Below, piece after piece: positions 58,201 to 64,000 of a stretch of DNA of 64,000 nt. How positions within the stretch are numbered: the stretch's first letter is position 1; the number at the start of each line of letters is the position of its first letter. The DNA comes from Bacteroidota bacterium (GTDB taxonomy: Bacteria > Bacteroidota > Bacteroidia > AKYH767-A > 2013-40CM-41-45): contig JAYVUK010000071.1 in the NCBI GenBank assembly GCA_043787975.1, positions 104,756 to 168,755 of the forward strand. The letters are read 5' to 3'. Below the pieces are notes generated by a model, which saw only the letters and a list, made by a program, of their open reading frames with translations, was not told where the DNA came from and ran no database searches. The translations under genes and the position numbers were made by a program.

Positions 58201-61200
58201 CCATGTTGTTTGCTTCCGGCCAAATCACACTTGGATCTGTTGTTCCGAAAGGTGTGATGGTTAACGGAATCTCGTATTCGTAATAATTATCGTTGAAGTC
58301 GCTTCCTAATCTTAAAAAGCAAGTGAGGTCTCCATTCTGCAATGCATCGCTTCCTTCGAGTGATTCTGCATGGATGTACATTTTGAGTTTCTTGTATGCT
58401 CGAACATCCACCTGCGTGGTTTTATATGCTGCCCGTGCATCTCCATCATGCAGGTTGCAAACTTTCAGCGATAATGATTGCTCATTCAAAGTGGATAATT
58501 GCGTGGTAGAAATATCACGCTCTTTTTCAATGCCGGGAGGAAGCACATACGGAATGGGTTCACGGCTGCCGTTTTCTTCAATGCTTACAGAAGCAATATC
58601 AAAATGTGTGTCACCCGGAAATTCAGGTATCGGGCTGTATTCTCCGGGTTGAAGAAGTGATGCGTTGTATTTTCTCCATTCACCTCTCAGCAATTCAAGT
58701 TTTGCAAACCGGCAAATGATAGGGGAATCAAATCCTTTCATAAACATGCGGATGAATTCGATGTTGTTAAAATTTTCTATTCCGTTAATGACCTGTGTAG
58801 GCTCCTGGATGGGAATTTTAAACTGGTACCATTTCACATGTCCGGATGTTCCGTTTGTATAATTGACAGAAGATTCAATCATATCGGTCACGTAATTTTG
58901 ACCAACAATCATATCAGGCCTCAGGTGAACTTTGTACTGGAAATACTCTTCACCGGTACGCATGTTATTGTCTTTGTTGATGTCCTCTGCATCAGGAAGG
59001 TTGGTGCCTGTGGCATTGTAACCATCCACCACGGGAGGAGCCGGAGAATTTCCTTCGGTACCGTTGTATTTTTTATAACGGTCCAATGGTTTTGCGTTTG
59101 CGTTATTGTACGTGTTCGATTGATAATATGAGTAATCATCAGCAGAGGGATCCCCCAAAGCATTTTGATACGGAACAGAGCCTGTTCCCCCGAAAGTCGC
59201 GGCAAGTCTTGACAAATATGGAGTATCAAAAAATGTACGTTCATCATTATCACCCAATCCATCCAATCCAACATCCTGCTGTGCACGACTGTTTGGGTCG
59301 TTGTCAAATGCATTTGTAACAGATGTATTGATTGGATATCTCCCCCACTGTGAAGTACCTGTTGGAGCAGTTGTATTCACGTTTGAAGGCAACCCATTTT
59401 CATAACTTTTTTGTCCGTCGCGTAGAATATCTTCCGACATGGAGCCAAGATCAAAATATAAATCTCCGCCTGTTCCATCGTTCGGTGTTCCATTCGTAAA
59501 AGGATCCATCACCCAAAATTGAATGTACTCAATGTTGGACGCTTCAAAATCATTCGTCTCCAGTTTTCGCATGATACCTCCCCAGCGACTTGCAGGATTT
59601 CTCAGATGTCCTGTAGCCGTGTCCAATCCTGATGAGTATGTAGATGGCCCAACATCGTAATTATACGGACCGCGTTCTTCAGGATAATAGGCCACGTTCA
59701 TACAGGTAATTGTAGTAGGTCCGTTCGGTTGTGATTTATTCGGAAAAATTTCGGTCTGCGGAACTTCACGCACAAAATTATTACTCATATCATCATCCGT
59801 AATATTTGCCGGAGTCGAGTTTGTAATTGTATGTTGAAAAAGCGGATCAATATAATACCAAGCCACCTTGGCGCGGTTGTAACCCAATGGAAGGCTGTCA
59901 TTCAGGCTGGCTTCTGGAAATAAGTTACCCTGGCCTTGAGGAATACTGGCGAGGTACCATTGTCCCGGGTTTTTAATATCAAGTGGTGTAACAGCTCCTT
60001 CAAAGTCATCGATGTACGAAGTACCGGCAGATCCGATGGCGCTTGAATGCCCGGGAATTAATTGTGCAAACTCACCGGTTAGCGTAATGTTGGAAATTTC
60101 TTTTGTATTGTATAGAGGTAAATAATCCAACGCTTTTGTAAGCACGCGCGAATCGGTGCGATAGGTTCCGTCAACACCCCAAACCGTATTTGAAATCGGT
60201 TCATCACCGATGTTTACTTTTTGTGTGAGCGGCCGTTCGCTGAGATGCAAAATGGTTCCGCCGACACTGAAATCTTTGTTGATATAATAATCAAAACGGC
60301 TTCCGATCATCGTCTTGGTTTGCAAATTGAAAAGCGAGTTGCTTTCAAGACTGATCGAGATTGGCGTGTTGGAACTTAATATTCCCGTGTTGATAATTTT
60401 TACGCGGCCAAGATTGTAGTCAACTGTATAGTCTACATTTTCCACGAGCGTTGCTCCGCCTGCTGTAACCTTCACCGATCCTTGCGGAACATTCACTGCA
60501 TTCAAAGGAATATCAGAACCGGAAGCAGACTGATACTTACCCTTCAGACTGAATTTGTTTTTTTCAGGTTGCTGTTGCGCTTTTGTTTTTGTTGAATCAT
60601 AAAGCGCATCGTAGACATAGTGATCGGCCGTGGCTTGGTCACTGCCGAATTTCAACCTGAGATAATCACCGAATGGTTCACGAACAGGAAAAATAACTTT
60701 TCCGCTTTGCAGATTTATGGTTACTCCTCGAACGATATCAAACAAACCATCCGGCTGGGGATCGTTATTTGTATTCAGCTGATCGAGGTTAAGGAGTTTG
60801 ATCAACGGAATTCCTTTCACTGTTGGAGGACCGGCAGGAATGAAATTAATGTTTGTTCCGATCTGGTCGTCCTGGTAAACTACATCCAGGCGAAAATCTT
60901 TTGTGTCAATGTTATAACCACCCAATGAATACACATTTTTCATCATCAGGTTCCACGTATAAGAATGCGGATTGAAGTCGGTGCTCTTAATCAGCTTGGC
61001 AAAGAGTGCTTTGTTTCCCTGGATAATTCCATCCGTTGAAAGATCTCCTACATGATACGTTGTTCCGCTAACCGAATATTCAAAAGCAACAGCAAGCACC
61101 TGGTTTGCATTCAGCGCTACATTCAGAGATATGAAACCGAGTAACGGATTGAAATAATATTCGTTCGGTGAAAGAAGTTTTGCCTGCGTAACGGTTTCAT

Positions 61201-62488
61201 AATTTTTCTTTTCCCTGAATTCATTTGTAATTGCCAATGGACCCAATAAAGCATTTACGTTTGCAATCGTCCTTAAACTGTCAGGAGTTGAGGTAAGTAT
61301 TCCCGGGTTTAGTAAGTTATTGGATGCATTCTGCGGAAGTGTACCCGGGTTCCCAATGATCAGAGTCTGCGTGGGATCAGGAATATTTTCTCCAAGGTCA
61401 GAAAAGGCAAGGATATTCCTGTTGGTTTGCGTGGCAGAGCCAATGTTGGTCACCCAAACTTCAAGTCGTGTAATGTTAACGCCTGAAGAAATGTGATTGA
61501 GATCATGAAGCGCATTGTCATAATTGTTGTAGAAATATTGTGACAGGAAATAATGTTTGTTTGCTTCATACTGATCTGCTTTGATGTCGAACGTTTGTGT
61601 TTGCGCTCCGCCTTGTACATTGATGGTGGATGATTTTCCTTTTTGCTGGGAGAATACGCTCGTCACCATTAATCGTCCGAACTGCAATTGTGTTTTGATA
61701 CCGAACAAACTTTGGCTTCCCTGGATTAACTGGCTGTTTAGAGGAAGTGTTACGTTTCCGGCTTCAATCTTCCGGATGATATCATCTTCGTAGCCGATGT
61801 ATTCGAGTTTCATTTTATTTTCGAACTCAAACGTAGCTCCCGTGTTGTAGTTTGCCTGGAGTTTAAGTTTGTCCCCGATGTTCGCGATCACATTCATCTG
61901 GATAATTTCATTGAAGTCGAATGTGGTGACCTTACGCTGTGTTTCAGGCAATGCTGGATTCTGTGTATTCGCAACGTTCACAGCAAATTTTAATTCCGCT
62001 GATCCTTGCGGCCGAATGTCAATGGTATTTCCACCGAAGATGCGATCGAAAATAACACTGTTCACGGTGATCTTTGGCGCGAATAATTTTTTATTCAGCT
62101 TGTCGTCTTCACCTGCTCGCTGCCGCCAGTAGTTCTTTGTTGATTCTTTGAATTCATGATCCACAAATTCATCAAAGCTCATGTAAGAAGGATTCCGGTA
62201 AAAAAGATTCCCGATGTTTTGATTGATGTTGTATTGATTGTTGGAAGGATCGTATTCAACATTTGTTTTCACGTTCGAAGGATCCTGCCCGTACAACGGG
62301 TTATCATGGTAGGAGCCGGAATACGGATCGGCATGATGATCATGAAAAGGATAACGCAGGCTGTCGGAATCAACTACTGCTGCTGTGGTTTCAGCCATGT
62401 TGTTTGCAGGTTTTCCCATTCCCCAGGGAGCAATGAGCACCGACAGACTAATTCCAATCCCGAAAAAGTATTTGATAAAATTTTTCAA
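55244..62488 (-). CDS. sprA: T9SS translocon / gliding motility protein SprA
   Basis: 2414 aa with a signal peptide and beta-rich sequence throughout. Blocks such as TTFDFNEIIQMNV..GDKLKLQANYNTGATFEFEN resemble SprA/Sov. Confidence 0.88.
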   Translation of the reverse strand: MKNFIKYFFGIGISLSVLIAPWGMGKPANNMAETTAAVVDSDSLRYPFHDHHADPYSGSYHDNPLYGQDPSNVKTNVEYDPSNNQYNINQNIGNLFYRNPSYMSFDEFVDHEFKESTKNYWRQRAGEDDKLNKKLFAPKITVNSVIFDRIFGGNTIDIRPQGSAELKFAVNVANTQNPALPETQRKVTTFDFNEIIQMNVIANIGDKLKLQANYNTGATFEFENKMKLEYIGYEDDIIRKIEAGNVTLPLNSQLIQGSQSLFGIKTQLQFGRLMVTSVFSQQKGKSSTINVQGGAQTQTFDIKADQYEANKHYFLSQYFYNNYDNALHDLNHISSGVNITRLEVWVTNIGSATQTNRNILAFSDLGENIPDPTQTLIIGNPGTLPQNASNNLLNPGILTSTPDSLRTIANVNALLGPLAITNEFREKKNYETVTQAKLLSPNEYYFNPLLGFISLNVALNANQVLAVAFEYSVSGTTYHVGDLSTDGIIQGNKALFAKLIKSTDFNPHSYTWNLMMKNVYSLGGYNIDTKDFRLDVVYQDDQIGTNINFIPAGPPTVKGIPLIKLLNLDQLNTNNDPQPDGLFDIVRGVTINLQSGKVIFPVREPFGDYLRLKFGSDQATADHYVYDALYDSTKTKAQQQPEKNKFSLKGKYQSASGSDIPLNAVNVPQGSVKVTAGGATLVENVDYTVDYNLGRVKIINTGILSSNTPISISLESNSLFNLQTKTMIGSRFDYYINKDFSVGGTILHLSERPLTQKVNIGDEPISNTVWGVDGTYRTDSRVLTKALDYLPLYNTKEISNITLTGEFAQLIPGHSSAIGSAGTSYIDDFEGAVTPLDIKNPGQWYLASIPQGQGNLFPEASLNDSLPLGYNRAKVAWYYIDPLFQHTITNSTPANITDDDMSNNFVREVPQTEIFPNKSQPNGPTTITCMNVAYYPEERGPYNYDVGPSTYSSGLDTATGHLRNPASRWGGIMRKLETNDFEASNIEYIQFWVMDPFTNGTPNDGTGGDLYFDLGSMSEDILRDGQKSYENGLPSNVNTTAPTGTSQWGRYPINTSVTNAFDNDPNSRAQQDVGLDGLGDNDERTFFDTPYLSRLAATFGGTGSVPYQNALGDPSADDYSYYQSNTYNNANAKPLDRYKKYNGTEGNSPAPPVVDGYNATGTNLPDAEDINKDNNMRTGEEYFQYKVHLRPDMIVGQNYVTDMIESSVNYTNGTSGHVKWYQFKIPIQEPTQVINGIENFNNIEFIRMFMKGFDSPIICRFAKLELLRGEWRKYNASLLQPGEYSPIPEFPGDTHFDIASVSIEENGSREPIPYVLPPGIEKERDISTTQLSTLNEQSLSLKVCNLHDGDARAAYKTTQVDVRAYKKLKMYIHAESLEGSDALQNGDLTCFLRLGSDFNDNYYEYEIPLTITPFGTTDPSVIWPEANNMEISLDDLVNAKLTRNNAIAAGVTSLVADYHVPGTRITIKGTPNLSNVRAIMIGIRNPQSATPGSGPKRCGEIWVNELRLSDFDEQGGWAATARMTTKLADLGTMTLAGFHSTAGWGSIEKRVSERDKFDKSSYDFSTSLELGKFLPEKTGIKIPMFFGYSETVITPQYNPLDPDVLLTQALNAAPDATAQDVIKKNAQDYTERKSINFTNVKKSKVGANRKSHVYDVENLNFSYAYTEQYQRNQDVSRSFAKTHQASLGYNFNASPKPVTPFAKVKSLNSPLLKLVKDFNFYTSPNQLSFLASLDRTYSETTVRDNSGLGFPVETTYAKTYMMRRKYGLKYDFTKSLKFDFDALAEAAIDEPLGKIDGDKGDTIIRHILELGRLKTYHHGARVTYNVPLSKLPITDWITANVSYMGDYTWVAGPLSIDSITHQSVVNPGVGNNIQNSRSITINPSFNMITLYNKIPYFKKINQEANKPKPDKSKQPKPAPGAVKDSTIKKTPNAFEPIFKGFANVLMSLKTVSFSYTETEGTSLPGFYGRPDFLGNDFNYHFPNSGVGSPNSTAPGWGYVSGLQQDRVTILTTAANNQWLTTDTTLNTQFTNTLLRNFSGRATIEPFKDFKIEVTATRNYSISHSEYYRYSVPNHDFVSFSPTETGNFSMSYLTINTAFVPDQPDYSNANFKNFSAYRKEFSHILAAQNPNLVPNYNYANGPLDSAGYNIGYGATQQEVLTYAFLAAYSGKTPSASLTNTFPKTPLPNWRLDYKGLSKMKWAQKYFQSVSLTHGYRSSYNVNSFLLNQDYSRNSNFSATADTIHNFIPQYTISQVTITEQFAPLLGIEMVWKNSLQTRFEYKRDRTLSFAYSNIQVTEIRGTEYTIGLGYKIKKFTLPFVRTAGGKKKLSNDLNLRADFSLRDSRTILRKLIERTNQPSAGTKTLSYKFSADYAINERFNIKAFYDYTGNEPFVSSSYPNSNVNAGFSLRFTLAQ

Positions 62489-62602
62489 GCGTCAATTTTT
62501 TTTACCGGGAAATAAATTCGGGAAACTACTTCGTTTTTCTCTCCACCACATATTTTTCAAAGGCACTAAAATAGTTTTTTACTTGATACTGATTGTTCAC
62601 GG

Positions 62603-63181
62603 TCAAAGAGATTTTAATGCCTGCCTGATGATTTCTTCTACCGTTAATTCAGCTGCCTGGGATCTTAAAATCGTTTCCAATGTTTTATCTACTGCATTCT
62701 TTGTAAATCCCAATGTAAGCAATGCGCTCATGGCCTCATTTTTTATTTTCAGGTGCGATGTGACAGCAGGTGTAATACCGTCTTTCTTTAATTTGTTCTT
62801 CAATTCCAGGATCGCACGTAAAGCCGTCTTTTCACCGATGCCTTTTATTGCCTGTAGTTTTTTTGCATCTTCATTTACGATGCATTCCTGTATTTCAACG
62901 GATGACATGGATGACAACATCATGCGTGCTGTGTTGCATCCGATCCCTGAAACTGAAATAAGATTGCGGAAGAGTTTGCGTTCATCCTCGTCAACGAAGC
63001 CGTATAACGTATGAGCATCCTCTGTTATTTGAAGAAAAGTGAAAATTTTGCAGGCTTCCTTATCTGATATCTTTGAATAGGTCTGGAGCGATATATTTAC
63101 AAAATATCCCACTCCGCCACATTCAATAATAATGTAAGCCGGATTTTTTTCAATCAAACGACCCGATAAATGATTGTACAT
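62603..63181 (-). CDS. ruvA: Holliday junction branch migration complex subunit RuvA
   Basis: N-terminal OB (GRLIEK..VGY), HhH motifs (ISVSGIG, IKGIGEKTA), about 190 aa. Confidence 0.9.
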   Translation of the reverse strand: MYNHLSGRLIEKNPAYIIIECGGVGYFVNISLQTYSKISDKEACKIFTFLQITEDAHTLYGFVDEDERKLFRNLISVSGIGCNTARMMLSSMSSVEIQECIVNEDAKKLQAIKGIGEKTALRAILELKNKLKKDGITPAVTSHLKIKNEAMSALLTLGFTKNAVDKTLETILRSQAAELTVEEIIRQALKSL

Positions 63182-63259
63182 GATCCCGATTTTTCGATTG
63201 CGAATGTACGAATCCGCAAAGAATATGTATCGCGCCCTGAAAACCAGTATCTCAAAGAT

Positions 63260-63337
63260 GCCAACGAATTACGAATCAGTACGAAACTACGAACAAAGCC
63301 ATATTCGTAGTTTCGTACTGATTCGTATTTCGTTGGC
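63260..63337. repeat. TTCGTA-type hairpin (34-bp stem, 1 mismatch)
   Basis: gccaacgaattacgaatcagtacgaaactacgaa / ttcgtagtttcgtactgattcgtatttcgttggc, loop caaagccata. Confidence 0.85.
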
Positions 63338-63504
63338 TAATACATTCATTGCTTTTTAAAAAGCCCTGACGGAATCAAAAATATTTACCTTTAGACAATT
63401 CTTCAAAATAAAACCTTTTCGATTACATTTTGAAGTTAACCACATTAATTTTTACTTTGCACCCTTAAAAATTAAATTTAACCACAACAAAACAGTTTAC
63501 AAAC

Positions 63505-63741
63505 ATGTCAGACATCGCTACAAAAGTGAAAGCCATCATCATTGACAAATTAGGTGTTGATGAAAAAGAAGTTACCAACGAAGCAAGTTTCACCAACGAT
63601 TTAGGTGCGGATTCGCTTGACACCGTTGAATTGATCATGGAATTTGAAAAGGAATTTAACATTGCCATTCCTGATGACCAGGCAGAAAAGATTGCGACTG
63701 TTGGTCAGGCTGTTGAATACATTGAAAAGAACGCGAAGTAA
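63505..63741 (+). CDS. acpP: acyl carrier protein
   Basis: Phosphopantetheine site [13 protein letters not shown], 78 aa. Confidence 0.95.
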   Translation: MSDIATKVKAIIIDKLGVDEKEVTNEASFTNDLGADSLDTVELIMEFEKEFNIAIPDDQAEKIATVGQAVEYIEKNAK

Positions 63742-63752
63742 ACTTTCTTGCG

Positions 63753-64000
63753 ATGCAGTTAAAGAGGGTTGTAGTTACAGGGCTTGGTGCGCTTACTCCA
63801 CTGGGAAATTCGGTACAGGAATACTGGAACGGATTAATCAATGGTGTGAGTGGTGCTGATGCGATCACCCTTTTCGACGCTTCCAAATTCAAAACCCGTT
63901 TTGCGTGTGAAGTAAAAGGTTTTGATGTTACCAAATACTTTGACCGAAAGGAAGCCCGCAAACTCGACCGCTTTTCTCATTTTGCATTGGCTGTAGCCGA
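63753..64000 (+). CDS. fabF: 3-oxoacyl-ACP synthase II, N-terminal part (runs off the window end)
   Basis: MQLKRVVVTGLGALTPLGN..FDASKFKTRFACEVKGFD is a typical KAS II N-terminus. It follows acpP directly. Confidence 0.88.
   Translation, partial: MQLKRVVVTGLGALTPLGNSVQEYWNGLINGVSGADAITLFDASKFKTRFACEVKGFDVTKYFDRKEARKLDRFSHFALAVA

Noticed and set aside
37655-63337. Dispersed hairpin repeats as a CRISPR array or tRNA-like genes
   Set aside because: Copies are kilobases apart rather than regularly spaced with unique spacers, no cas genes are present, and none has cloverleaf features or a GTTCRA T-loop box.

Overview
Core chromosomal segment of a Bacteroidota genome. The phylum call rests on sprA, gldH, T9SS C-terminal sorting domains and TAnnTTTG-type promoter boxes. 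I call about 53 tightly packed protein-coding genes, mostly housekeeping: purF 3' end, pgk, holB, dnaX, gyrB, truB, queA, ispD, gcvP, gcvH, hemL, hemW, kynU-kmo, rsmI, sod, ubiX, ruvA, acpP and the fabF 5' end. The rest are envelope and T9SS genes (sprA, gldH, an M23 peptidase with a T9SS sorting domain, an AsmA-like protein, a LolE-like permease, M16 and S41 peptidases, several beta-barrel proteins) and a few signalling genes. I see no rRNA, tRNA, CRISPR array, transposase, integrase, phage gene or biosynthetic cluster. The only defence-type module is one VapBC-like toxin-antitoxin pair. I cannot point to a convincing new multi-gene system. The most unusual content is non-coding. At least five families of short palindromic or heptamer-built repeats fill nearly every larger intergenic gap and are often nested. 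I name them TTCGTA-type hairpins, GGAATGACA-type inverted repeats, GCAGAGA-type palindromes, AGT-anchored heptamer arrays and GGAGAGGG-type hairpins. Copies of two families also sit in frame inside housekeeping genes (gcvP, hemL, kynU, hemW, an M20 amidohydrolase), and one supplies the pgk stop codon. This resembles Rickettsia palindromic elements. Other points: an A9 run in dnaX with stops in both alternative frames (candidate gamma-subunit recoding site), a frameshifted beta-barrel gene, an orphan T9SS sorting-domain fragment bounded by a 24-nt direct repeat, a Q/N-rich tail on the PSP1 protein, an uncharacterised three-gene operon (29076-30998) and a 1107-aa propeller-plus-barrel outer-membrane protein. 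All functional calls come from reading motifs by eye. No database search was run.
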